From the NCBI RefSeq assembly GCF_008386495.1, contig NZ_VTHJ01000010.1:127905-151904 (forward strand): 24,000 bases of DNA. The letters are read 5' to 3'. The stretch's first letter is position 1. Every line of letters starts with the position of its first letter. This stretch comes from Streptomyces tailanensis. Its GTDB lineage: Bacteria > Actinomycetota > Actinomycetes > Streptomycetales > Streptomycetaceae. A program made the translations under genes and the position numbers. The notes under the pieces were generated by a model. It was not told the origin of the DNA. It saw only the letters and a program-made list of their open reading frames with translations, and made no database searches. Of the stretch, positions 14,250 to 24,000 are shown in pieces.

Positions 14250-14265
14250 CGTGGACTACACCACC
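14250..14265. promoter_or_regulatory. Candidate DasR-responsive element (dre) upstream of msiK
   Basis: cgtggactacaccacc (reverse complement ggtggtgtagtccacg) matches the 16-bp dre consensus A(G/C)TGGTCTAGACCA(G/C)T at 12 of 16 positions. It lies 56-71 nt upstream of the msiK ATG. Confidence 0.5.
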
Positions 14266-14320
14266 TTCCTACAACGGATCGTCCGGCACGTTCCTGCCGG
14301 TAGAAGGGGGCTTCACAGCC

Positions 14321-15457
<1,137 letters not shown>

Positions 15458-15522
15458 GCCGGCTGAGCCCCGACATCCGGTACGAACGAAAGCATCATCC
15501 CGGGATAAATCACCCAGGTTGA

Positions 15523-15560
15523 CGAAGAGGGCCCCGCAGACGCCTGCGGGGCCCTCTTCG
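15523..15560 (+). terminator. msiK terminator hairpin
   Basis: cgaagagggccccgcag / ctgcggggccctcttcg forms a perfect 17-bp stem with a 4-nt loop, 66 nt after the msiK stop. Confidence 0.75.
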
Positions 15561-15708
15561 CTGCCCGCCAGCACCTACCAACTTCCCGGCAAACCGGCCC
15601 TTTTCGACCCGCGTGCGTCAACGCGCTACCCAGAAAACAGAACTTCAACATCCCCCATATCGGTGACTTAATGTCGCCATATCACTACCCCACGCTACCC
15701 TCACTCCC

Positions 15709-16194
15709 GTGAAGCACACCCACAAGCACACCCACACCTACACCCCACGGACGCGGCGCGGCCGCGGCCCCGCCCGTCGGATCGGCCGCTCCCTCGCCCT
15801 CGTCCTGCCCGTCGTCCTGGTCCTCTCCGGGACCCTCGCGGTCACCCAGGTCAACTGGTCGGGGGCCGAGACCTCGCACTCGGTGCTCGCCGCCTCGGAC
15901 GTCTCTGACGTCTCGGCCCCGGAGACCTCCCGACGCGCCAAGGCCCGCGCGCCGCACCTGGTGCTGCGCGACAAGCTCCTGGTGGAACTCCAGGAGCAGA
16001 ACCCCGGCGTCGCCCTCACCCACCTCCAGCAGGCCGTGAACGGCCACCCGTCGCTGGCGAAGCACTGCCCGTCCATCGCCCGTACGCTCGGCCGCGCCGC
16101 CGTCCGCGCGTACGGCCCCTCCCGGGCCCAGTCGTACGCCCGCCCCGTCTGCGACACCTCGTACGCGACCGGAGTGGCCGCACAGCACCGCTGA
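15709..16194 (+). CDS. Hypothetical membrane-anchored or secreted protein
   Basis: 161 aa with a GTG start and strong G/C third-position bias. A basic His/Thr-rich N-terminus (KHTHKHTHTYTPRTRRGRG) precedes a hydrophobic segment (LALVLPVVLVLSGTLAV). Confidence 0.6.
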   Translation: MKHTHKHTHTYTPRTRRGRGPARRIGRSLALVLPVVLVLSGTLAVTQVNWSGAETSHSVLAASDVSDVSAPETSRRAKARAPHLVLRDKLLVELQEQNPGVALTHLQQAVNGHPSLAKHCPSIARTLGRAAVRAYGPSRAQSYARPVCDTSYATGVAAQHR

Positions 16195-16290
16195 ACGCCC
16201 CTGCGGGCGGGCACACACCCCCGTTCACCCCCGATTCCGATCCCCAGGGCCGTGCTCCCGCGAACGGGGCGCGCACGTACAGTTCGGGTC

Positions 16291-17022
16291 ATGACCGATC
16301 CGAACGCCGCGTCGCGCCCCGTTCAAGCCGTGGTCCTGGCCGGTGGCCAGGGCTCCCGGCTGCGTCCGTACACCGACGACCGACCGAAGCCCATGGTCGA
16401 GATCCCCGGGACGGGCACCCCGATCATCGGCCATCAGCTCGCCTGGCTCGCCGAGGAGGGCGTCACCGACGTCGTCATCTCCTGCGGCCATCTCGCCGAC
16501 GTCCTGCAGAAGTGGCTGGACTCGGCCGACCTCCCGGTCCGCGTCACCACGGTCGTGGAGACGGAACCCCTCGGCCGCGGCGGAGGCCTCAAGTACGCCG
16601 CCGCCCATCTCCCGCACCCGGACCGCCCCTGGTACGCCACCAACGGCGACATCTGGACCCGCTTCTCGCTCCGCGACATGGCGGACTTCCACGCCGAACG
16701 CGACGCCGTGGCCACCCTCGCCCTGGCCCGCCCCCGCATCCCCTGGGGCGCCGTGAAGACGGACGGCTTCGGCCGGGTGACGGACTTCATCGAGGCCCCG
16801 CCGACGACGTACGAGATCAACGCCGGCGTCTACGTCTTCTCCCCCGAGTTCGCCGGCCTCCTCCCCGAACGCGGCGACCACGAACGCACCACCTTCCCCC
16901 GCCTGGCCCGAGAACGCCGTCTGGCAGGCTTCCCGATCCCCCAGGGCGCGTACTGGCGAGCGATCGACACGGCGAAGGACCTGACGGAGGCGGCGAAGGA
17001 ACTGGCGACGCTGGGGCGTTAG
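16291..17022 (+). CDS. Sugar-phosphate nucleotidyltransferase (NTP_transferase family)
   Basis: AVVLAGGQGSRLRPYTDDRPKPMVEI is the G-x-G-x-R-L pyrophosphorylase signature, and VISCGH...GGGLKYA follows. The start was trimmed to ATG 16291. Confidence 0.85.
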   Translation: MTDPNAASRPVQAVVLAGGQGSRLRPYTDDRPKPMVEIPGTGTPIIGHQLAWLAEEGVTDVVISCGHLADVLQKWLDSADLPVRVTTVVETEPLGRGGGLKYAAAHLPHPDRPWYATNGDIWTRFSLRDMADFHAERDAVATLALARPRIPWGAVKTDGFGRVTDFIEAPPTTYEINAGVYVFSPEFAGLLPERGDHERTTFPRLARERRLAGFPIPQGAYWRAIDTAKDLTEAAKELATLGR

Positions 17023-17070
17023 GGCGCCTTGCCACCGCCGGTCACCCCAAACGCTCGACAACGCACAGCA

Positions 17071-17103
17071 ATGGGCCCCGCGCCATCCACACGCGGGGCC
17101 CAT
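17071..17103. terminator. Bidirectional hairpin between convergent genes
   Basis: atgggccccgcg / cgcggggcccat forms a 12-bp stem with a 9-nt loop. Confidence 0.6.
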
Positions 17104-17135
17104 CTCCCTACCTACACCGGCACAGCCGACGCGAC

Positions 17136-18842
17136 CTACCCGAGCAACCCCCCCACCAGCCCCGGCTCCCCGCCACCGGAGGGGCTGCCACTGCTGGCCC
17201 CACCGGAAGGGCTCCCGGAGCTGCTGCCGCTCCCCGTCGAACCTCCGGACGTGCTGGGGGCCTGATCAACCGGCGACGACTGCTGCGGCGGCACCTGCCC
17301 CGACGCCCCCTGCGTCTCGCTCGGTTGGCCCCCGTTGACGGCGCCCTCCGTGCTGCGCGTCGCCCCCGGAGTCGTGGCCTCCTGCGATGGCCGCGCCGAA
17401 GTGGCCCCGGCGGTGGGCGCGTTGGACGCCGAGGGACTGTCCTCGCGCCGCTTGCTCGACTCACCGGGCAACGGCGACCCCGGCAGTTCGTTGCGCGGCG
17501 CCTCTCCGGGCCCGGGAACGACGATCCGGTCCGCGTCCCGTACGGCGCCACCGAGCACGGCCCCCACCAGCAGCGTCAGCCCGACGACGAGCGCGGTGAC
17601 CAGGACCCCCCGCTTCAGCACGTACCGCCGCAGGTCCCAGATGTCGGCCCGCGGCCCGAGCCTGCGCCAGGCACCGCCCGCGAGCCGCCCGTCGACGGAG
17701 TACACGGGGGCGCCCGCGATGATCAGCGGGGACCAGGCGGCGAGGTAGATGATGTCCGGCGTCTCGTAGACGGGAGCGGTCTTCCAGCTGACGGAGACCA
17801 GCAGCGCGGCCGACAGCAGCGCCCCGAACGCGGCGGCGATCCGCTGCCACAGTCCGAGCACGGTCAGCACACCCACCACCACCTGCGCGAAGGCGATGGC
17901 GAGCCCCGACCCCACGGGGTGCTCCAGCGCGAACTGCCGCAGCGGTTCGGCGACTTCCCATGGATGCAGCGTGTTCAGCCACTTCACCATGGACCCGCGC
18001 TTGCCGCCGTCGAAGTAGTGCGGATCGCAGAGCTTGCCCATGCCGGCGTAGATGGAGATGAACCCGAGGAAGACGCGCAGCGGAAGCAGCACCACGCCCA
18101 GGTTCATCCGCCGCCCGGGGTAATAGGCGTGCCGGACCGGCTCATTGCCTCGCCGCCCGGTCCGCTGCCTCTCGCCGTCCTCGTCGCCGTACGGCTCAGC
18201 GGAGTCCCCATCGTAGGCGGCTTCGCCGTATCCCGGGTCGTCGTACCCGGGTACGACGTACTCGCTGCCGGCCCCACGCATCGCGGGCAGCACCCGAGTG
18301 CCGTTGTCGCCGCCGACGGGAGCGACGCGATCGCCGTACGAACGCTGGCTGCCGACGATGGGCGTCTCGACGGTTTCGACGGTCAGGTCGGCGTCGTAGC
18401 GCCCGCCTTGGACGTCGTACTCGTACCCGCCGGTCTCGGTGGCATCGGCTCCGACGCGCGGGATGACCTGGGTGGCGCCCGCGTTCCGTACGGCCTGGAG
18501 GAGGCGGTGGGCTCCGGTGTCGTCCGGAGCGGACTTGCCGCTCCAGACGACGGGCGCGCGACGGCGCCCGGCGGGGGGCGTACCGGACGACCGGCCCGCC
18601 GTGCCCACGACGGGAAACCGCGCGGTGTCCTCGGAGGCGCTCAAGTGCCGTGCGATGCGCGGGGACTGCGCCCGCGTGGAGGCGCCCAACTGCACGCGGA
18701 AGCTCGCGTGGTTGACGATGACCTGCGCCGGATCGCTCGGCACCTTCACCATGCTCAGCGCGGGAGCGTCGTCGAATCCCGATTCGAATCCCGACGAACG
18801 GTCCCCCGTGGGTGTGCGGGGTGTTCTGGTGTCCACACTCAT
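17136..18842 (-). CDS. DoxX-like integral membrane protein with long low-complexity N- and C-terminal regions
   Basis: The central hydrophobic core (LGVVLLPLRVFLGFISIYAGMGKL ... AFAQVVVGVLTVLGLW ... FGALLSAALLVSVSW ... LAAWSPLIIAG) resembles DoxX-type four-helix proteins. The C-terminus is Ser/Gly/Pro rich. Confidence 0.65.
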   Translation of the reverse strand: MSVDTRTPRTPTGDRSSGFESGFDDAPALSMVKVPSDPAQVIVNHASFRVQLGASTRAQSPRIARHLSASEDTARFPVVGTAGRSSGTPPAGRRRAPVVWSGKSAPDDTGAHRLLQAVRNAGATQVIPRVGADATETGGYEYDVQGGRYDADLTVETVETPIVGSQRSYGDRVAPVGGDNGTRVLPAMRGAGSEYVVPGYDDPGYGEAAYDGDSAEPYGDEDGERQRTGRRGNEPVRHAYYPGRRMNLGVVLLPLRVFLGFISIYAGMGKLCDPHYFDGGKRGSMVKWLNTLHPWEVAEPLRQFALEHPVGSGLAIAFAQVVVGVLTVLGLWQRIAAAFGALLSAALLVSVSWKTAPVYETPDIIYLAAWSPLIIAGAPVYSVDGRLAGGAWRRLGPRADIWDLRRYVLKRGVLVTALVVGLTLLVGAVLGGAVRDADRIVVPGPGEAPRNELPGSPLPGESSKRREDSPSASNAPTAGATSARPSQEATTPGATRSTEGAVNGGQPSETQGASGQVPPQQSSPVDQAPSTSGGSTGSGSSSGSPSGGASSGSPSGGGEPGLVGGLLG

Positions 18843-18949
18843 CTAACCGAGTGACGGGTCGTTAGGACACTGCTTTGACCGCCCCGATCTGTCCGGACCC
18901 CGTCAAGGTGATCCACAACGCGAGCGCGACCCGCCCCCGGGCGCCTTCG

Positions 18950-19891
18950 TCAGCCGCGCCGCCGAGCCACCTCGTACAGCACGACGCCCGCCGCGACACC
19001 GGCGTTAAGCGACTCCGCGCCGCCGGGCATCGGGATCCGTACGCGGAAGTCGCACGTCTCGCCGACGAGCCGCGAGAGTCCCTTGCCCTCGCTGCCTACG
19101 ACGATGACGACCGGACCCTCCAGCGCCTCCAGCTCGCCCACCTCGACCTCGCCGTCGGCAGCCAGGCCGACCACGACGACGCCGGCCTTCTTGTACGACT
19201 CCAGCGCGCGCGTGAGGTTGGTGGCGCGGGCGACGGGCGTACGGGCGGCCGTACCGGCGGAGGTCTTCCACGCCCCGGCGGTCATGCCGGCGGCACGCCG
19301 CTCGGGCACGACGACCCCGTGGCCGCCGAACGCGGACACGGAGCGCACGACGGCGCCCAGGTTACGCGGATCGGTGACCCCGTCGAGCGCGACGATCAGC
19401 GGGTCCTCGCCCTCGTCGAACGCGGCCGCCACGAGGTCCTCGGGGTGCGCGTACTCGTACGGCGGCACCTGGAGGACGAGCCCCTGGTGGTTGAGGCCGT
19501 TGGTCATGCGGTCCAGCTCGGGGCGCGGCGCCTCCATGAGGTTGATGCCGCCGCGCTCGGCCGCGAGCTGGAGCGCCTCGCGCACGCGCTCGTCGTTGTC
19601 GATGAACTGCTGGACGTAGAGCGTCGAAGCGGGCACGCCCTCGCGCAGCGCCTCGACGACGGGGTTGCGGCCCACGACCATCTCGGACGTGCCCTTGCCG
19701 CCCCGGCCGCGTGGCACGGGGCGGCGGGCGGCCTGCTTGGCCTTGGCGGTCGCGATGCGGTTCTTCTTGTGTTTCTTGCGCATCTCGGCGGGCGGCGTCG
19801 GGCCCTTGCCCTCCAGCCCCTTGCGTCGCTGGCCGCCACTGCCGACCTGCGCGCCCTTCTTGCCGGACATGCGGCGGTTGTTAGCGGCCAT
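18950..19891 (-). CDS. rlmB: 23S rRNA (guanosine-2'-O-)-methyltransferase RlmB (SpoU/TrmH family)
   Basis: It has the substrate-binding domain [10 protein letters not shown], the SpoU motifs [16 protein letters not shown] and [22 protein letters not shown], and the basic N-terminal extension common in actinobacteria. Confidence 0.88.
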   Translation of the reverse strand: MAANNRRMSGKKGAQVGSGGQRRKGLEGKGPTPPAEMRKKHKKNRIATAKAKQAARRPVPRGRGGKGTSEMVVGRNPVVEALREGVPASTLYVQQFIDNDERVREALQLAAERGGINLMEAPRPELDRMTNGLNHQGLVLQVPPYEYAHPEDLVAAAFDEGEDPLIVALDGVTDPRNLGAVVRSVSAFGGHGVVVPERRAAGMTAGAWKTSAGTAARTPVARATNLTRALESYKKAGVVVVGLAADGEVEVGELEALEGPVVIVVGSEGKGLSRLVGETCDFRVRIPMPGGAESLNAGVAAGVVLYEVARRRG

Positions 19892-19911
19892 GACCTACCC
19901 GTCTGTGTGAA

Positions 19912-19940
19912 GCGTGCGTGTGTACGTGCGTGTGTATGTA
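19912..19940. repeat. 29-nt perfectly alternating purine-pyrimidine tract containing a 12-nt tandem duplication
   Basis: In gcgtgcgtgtgtacgtgcgtgtgtatgta the unit cgtgcgtgtgta occurs twice in tandem (19913-19924, 19925-19936). It lies in the cysS-rlmB spacer. Confidence 0.9.
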
Positions 19941-19947
19941 ATGCAGT

Positions 19948-19973
19948 GTGCCGCCCGGATGGCCGGGCGGCAC
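19948..19973 (-). terminator. cysS terminator hairpin
   Basis: gtgccgcccgg / ccgggcggcac forms an 11-bp stem with a 4-nt loop, 18 nt after the cysS stop. Confidence 0.65.
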
Positions 19974-19990
19974 AATCGATCAAGAAAGGC

Positions 19991-21394
<1,404 letters not shown>

Positions 21395-21424
21395 GCCTCC
21401 AGAGTAGTAGGCGAAGCGCAATGC

Positions 21425-21460
21425 CAGTTCCCCGCGCCCCGAAAGGGGCGCGGGGAACTG
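21425..21460 (-). terminator. Perfect 16-bp palindromic hairpin (GAAA loop) between ispF and cysS: terminator, attenuator or REP-like element
   Basis: cagttccccgcgcccc-gaaa-ggggcgcggggaactg forms the stem-loop. No U-tract follows. It ends 30 nt upstream of the cysS start. Confidence 0.45.
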
Positions 21461-21546
21461 CGCGAGCAACCACACACAACCGCAAGCCGCCCACACACGG
21501 CACACACCGAGCTCTCATGCGGGGGGGCGAAGGGGCGCAGCCCCTG

Positions 21547-21588
21547 GGTGGGGGTCCCCCCGCTCGAGCGAAGCCGAGAGTGGGGGAG
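21547..21588 (-). repeat. 42-nt hairpin-forming repeat, copy B, intergenic between ispF and cysS
   Basis: Its reverse complement, ctcccccactctcggcttcgctcgaGcggggggacccccacc, matches 8698-8739 at 41 of 42 positions. It contains CCCCC...GGGGG and CTCG...CGAG stems around a GCGAAGC mini-hairpin core. Confidence 0.9.
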
Positions 21589-21615
21589 GGACGGGTAGGG
21601 GCGGCGGGGGCGAAA

Positions 21616-22164
21616 TCACCCCACCCGCACAACCAACGCGGTGGCGACCGCCATCAACCCCTCACCCCGCCCCGGAAACCCCAGCCCATCCGTCGTCGCC
21701 CCCGAAACGGAAACCGGCGCCCCCACCACCTCGGACAACACCTTCTGCGCCTCGTCCCGCCGCTTCCCGATCTTCGGCCGCGGCCCCACCACCTGCACGG
21801 CAACATTCCCAATGAGGAACCCGGCGTCCCGCACGATCCGCGCAGCCTCACCCAACAGCACAATCCCAGACGCCCCGGCCCACTCGGGCCGCCCCGTACC
21901 GAAGTGCTGCCCAAGGTCCCCCAACCCGGCCGCGGAGAAGAGCGCGTTGCAGGCGGCATGCGCCACGACGTCCGCGTCGGAGTGCCCGGCCAGCCCCGGC
22001 CCCTCCCCCTCCCACTTCAGCCCGGCGCACCACAGCTCCCGCCCTTCCTCGAAGGCATGGATGTCGGTACCGATCCCGACCTGCGGCAACACCACGGGCC
22101 CCGGAATCGGCGAACCCGGCTCGGAACCCGGAACGGACGCCCCCTCGGCCCCCTCAGAACCCAT
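21616..22164 (-). CDS. ispF: 2-C-methyl-D-erythritol 2,4-cyclodiphosphate synthase
   Basis: The motifs are [28 protein letters not shown] and [13 protein letters not shown]. The ATG at 22164 overlaps the ispD stop by 11 nt. The N-terminus may be shorter. Confidence 0.9.
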   Translation of the reverse strand: MGSEGAEGASVPGSEPGSPIPGPVVLPQVGIGTDIHAFEEGRELWCAGLKWEGEGPGLAGHSDADVVAHAACNALFSAAGLGDLGQHFGTGRPEWAGASGIVLLGEAARIVRDAGFLIGNVAVQVVGPRPKIGKRRDEAQKVLSEVVGAPVSVSGATTDGLGFPGRGEGLMAVATALVVRVG

Positions 22165-22918
22165 CGTTGAGCCTCCTGCGCGCCAGCACGGCCTCCGCGA
22201 GCACCAGATCCAACGGCCGCGTCACCTTGAACGCCTCCTCGTGCCCCGGCACGACCGCGACGCCCAGCCCAAGCCGCTCGACCATGCTCGCGTCGTCGGT
22301 CACCGCCCCGTTGACCGTCTCGTGCGCCCGCACGAGGGTCTCCCGGTCGAACCCCTGCGGCGTCTGCACCGCCCGCAACCGCGCCCGGTCCGGCGTGGCG
22401 ACGACGGGCTCGGGCGCACCCGGCGCGTCCGGGGGCTCGACCTCCTTGACCGTGTCCGCGAGCGGCAGCGCGGGCACCACGGCCGGCGCCCCGTCGCGTA
22501 CGGCCTCGATGACGGCGTCGACGGTGTCGACGGGTACGAGGGGGCGGGCCGCGTCATGGACGAGGACGATGTCGTAGCCGGGCGGCAGCGCGTCGAGGCC
22601 GAGCTTCACCGACTCCTGTCGCGACTCACCCCCGGGTACGACGAGGAAGTCGGTCCGCTCGGGCAGCGCGTGCGCGTCGAGCAGGGTCTTGACCTCGGCG
22701 GCTCCGTCGGGCGGCGCCACGACGATCACGAGGGAGACGGCGCGGGACGCGGCCATGGCCCGTACCGCGTGGATGAGCATGGGGGTGCCGTTCAGCGCGC
22801 GGAGCGCTTTGGGGGCGCCCGGTCCCAGCCGTATGCCCCGGCCGGCGGCCGGAATCACGGCCGCCGTACGGGTGCCCGTACCGGTCCCGGAAGGCGAAGG
22901 GCGCGAATCGTCAGACAT
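22154..22918 (-). CDS. ispD: 2-C-methyl-D-erythritol 4-phosphate cytidylyltransferase
   Basis: [18 protein letters not shown] is the PAAGxGxR signature, followed by [11 protein letters not shown] and VQTPQGF. Confidence 0.9.
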   Translation of the reverse strand: MSDDSRPSPSGTGTGTRTAAVIPAAGRGIRLGPGAPKALRALNGTPMLIHAVRAMAASRAVSLVIVVAPPDGAAEVKTLLDAHALPERTDFLVVPGGESRQESVKLGLDALPPGYDIVLVHDAARPLVPVDTVDAVIEAVRDGAPAVVPALPLADTVKEVEPPDAPGAPEPVVATPDRARLRAVQTPQGFDRETLVRAHETVNGAVTDDASMVERLGLGVAVVPGHEEAFKVTRPLDLVLAEAVLARRRLNDGF

Positions 22919-23063
22919 CGGTTCCTGTCAGGTTTGTGTGCTCGGCCTACGTGGGTATGGCCACAGCGTGCCGGGCGCGACGCCTTGACCGGACCCTTCC
23001 GTGACATCTGGTCGAGCCAGCTGCCCGGGCCCGGCACGCCAAGTATCGGGGACCACACCTCGA

Positions 23064-23113
23064 CGTAAGGCACCCGGTTCAGTGTCTGGGCGTACGGCAC
23101 CCGGTTCGGTGTC
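23064..23113. repeat. Two 23-nt direct repeats (21/23 identical, 27-nt period) in the carD-ispD spacer
   Basis: The repeats are cgtaAggcacccggttcAgtgtc (23064-23086) and cgtaCggcacccggttcGgtgtc (23091-23113). Two copies of aggtgaacg follow at 23120-23128 and 23137-23145. Confidence 0.85.
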
Positions 23114-23253
23114 CAGCCCAGGTGAACGTCTGGCGTAGGTGAACGCGAACATGCCGCAGCGCCCGGCGACAATACGTACGTCATCGGGCACCGCGGCATT
23201 TCACTTGCTGTGCTGAACGGCTGAGCGGGCTGGCTGCCTGCCTCAGGATCAGT

Positions 23254-23736
23254 TCAGGACGCGAGAACCTCGTCGAGCAGGGCCTCGGCCTTGTCCTCGT
23301 TCGTGTTCTCCGCGAGAGCGAGCTCGCTCACCAGGATCTGGCGGGCCTTGGCGAGCATGCGCTTCTCGCCGGCGGAGAGACCGCGCTCGCGCTCACGACG
23401 CCACAGGTCACGCACGACTTCCGCGACCTTGATGACATCGCCGGAGGCGAGCTTCTCCAGATTTGCCTTGTACCGACGCGACCAGTTCGTGGGTTCCTCG
23501 GCATACGGTGCGCGCAGCACCTCGAAGACCCGGTCCAGGCCGTCCTGACCGACCACGTCACGCACGCCTACGAACTCCGCATTGTCCGCCGGCACACGCA
23601 CCGTCAGGTCGCCTTGCGCGACCTTGAGCACCAAGTAGGTCTTGTCCACGCCTTTGATCTGGCGAGTTTCGATGGCCTCGATCAGCGCGGCCCCGTGATG
23701 GGGATAGACCACGGTGTCGCCAACCTTGAACGTCAT
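23254..23736 (-). CDS. carD: CarD family RNA polymerase-binding transcriptional regulator
   Basis: The 160 aa read [25 protein letters not shown]...YLVLKV..DLTVRVP...[17 protein letters not shown]...LWRRE...[20 protein letters not shown] lies upstream. Confidence 0.95.
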   Translation of the reverse strand: MTFKVGDTVVYPHHGAALIEAIETRQIKGVDKTYLVLKVAQGDLTVRVPADNAEFVGVRDVVGQDGLDRVFEVLRAPYAEEPTNWSRRYKANLEKLASGDVIKVAEVVRDLWRRERERGLSAGEKRMLAKARQILVSELALAENTNEDKAEALLDEVLAS

Positions 23737-24000
23737 GTGACAGGTACCCCTTCCGTGGCTATCCAGGGTAACACGGATACGGCGTGTTCTGAATGGCGTT
23801 TTCGCAGGTCAGGGCATATCTCGGGGCTTGACAACAGCGACAGGAACGTGCTGCGAGGGACGAACGGAAGGGGGTATCCGCAGGTCGGAGCGGCTCTTCG
23901 GGCGGAGTGAAACGCACACGTTACACACATCCGGAGGGCCGCTCGCCCGTCCGAACGTCCCGCTATGTCCGACTCCAAGTGTGCGACTTCCGCTACTCCG

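Noticed and set aside
12384-14320. A search for a tnpA partner (HUH Y1 transposase or serine recombinase) beside tnpB.
   Set aside because: Only about 170 nt lie upstream and about 350 nt downstream, with no ORF bearing HUH or Y motifs. The element is therefore called tnpB-only.
16512-18854. A 780-aa plus-strand ORF overlapping the nucleotidyltransferase 3' end and the whole DoxX-like gene.
   Set aside because: The composition is Arg/Pro/Gly-dominated with no motifs. It is out of frame with, or antisense to, better-supported genes.
21395-21615. A possible T-box or other riboswitch leader upstream of cysS.
   Set aside because: I see no T-box consensus (..GGTGGTACCGCG..) or specifier-loop architecture. 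The structures are better explained as palindromic repeats or a terminator.
22855-23199. ORFs of 114 and 87 aa in the carD-ispD spacer.
   Set aside because: They overlap the ispD start and the repeat region, have no motifs and have a repeat-driven composition. They are more likely non-coding.
23965-24000. An ATG at 23965 opening a plus-strand frame at the window edge.
   Set aside because: Only 12 codons are visible and no RBS or motif supports it.

Overview
This is very GC-rich, Streptomyces-type chromosomal DNA with a strong G/C third-codon-position bias. All product calls come from motifs read in the supplied translations; I could run no database search. The right half (14.3-23.7 kb) is conserved housekeeping DNA: msiK, a small secreted protein, a sugar nucleotidyltransferase, a DoxX-like membrane protein, rlmB, cysS, ispF, ispD and carD. 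The left 10 kb holds ordinary single genes: flavin reductase, an ECF sigma factor with a C-terminal extension, arfB, a TerD-family protein, a TolB-like secreted propeller, a GNAT, an M1 metallopeptidase, a pentapeptide-repeat protein, an FAD oxidoreductase and a quinone-oxidoreductase-like MDR. The middle (10.2-14.2 kb) is an accessory, decaying pocket around a tRNA-Thr(UGU) gene. It contains two truncated, frameshifted gene remnants (MFS transporter and FAD oxidoreductase) that abut tail to tail, an APH(6)-type aminoglycoside kinase gene, a 31-bp att-like duplication of the tRNA 3' end flanking a 367-bp remnant without an integrase, and a solo tnpB element with an apparently intact RuvC triad and a structured downstream region consistent with an omega-RNA. 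I did not find a clear multi-gene novel system such as a defence island or a biosynthetic cluster. The most unusual observations are three. (1) A 42-nt hairpin-forming repeat sits exactly in frame (14 codons) inside the FAD oxidoreductase CDS and recurs, inverted, upstream of cysS; a diverged relative disrupts the MFS pseudogene. (2) The tnpB locus encodes a lysine-rich N-terminal extension and has alternative 3' hairpins. (3) The tRNA-Thr carries an att scar. Many long ORFs in the track are antisense shadows typical of high-GC DNA and were rejected.
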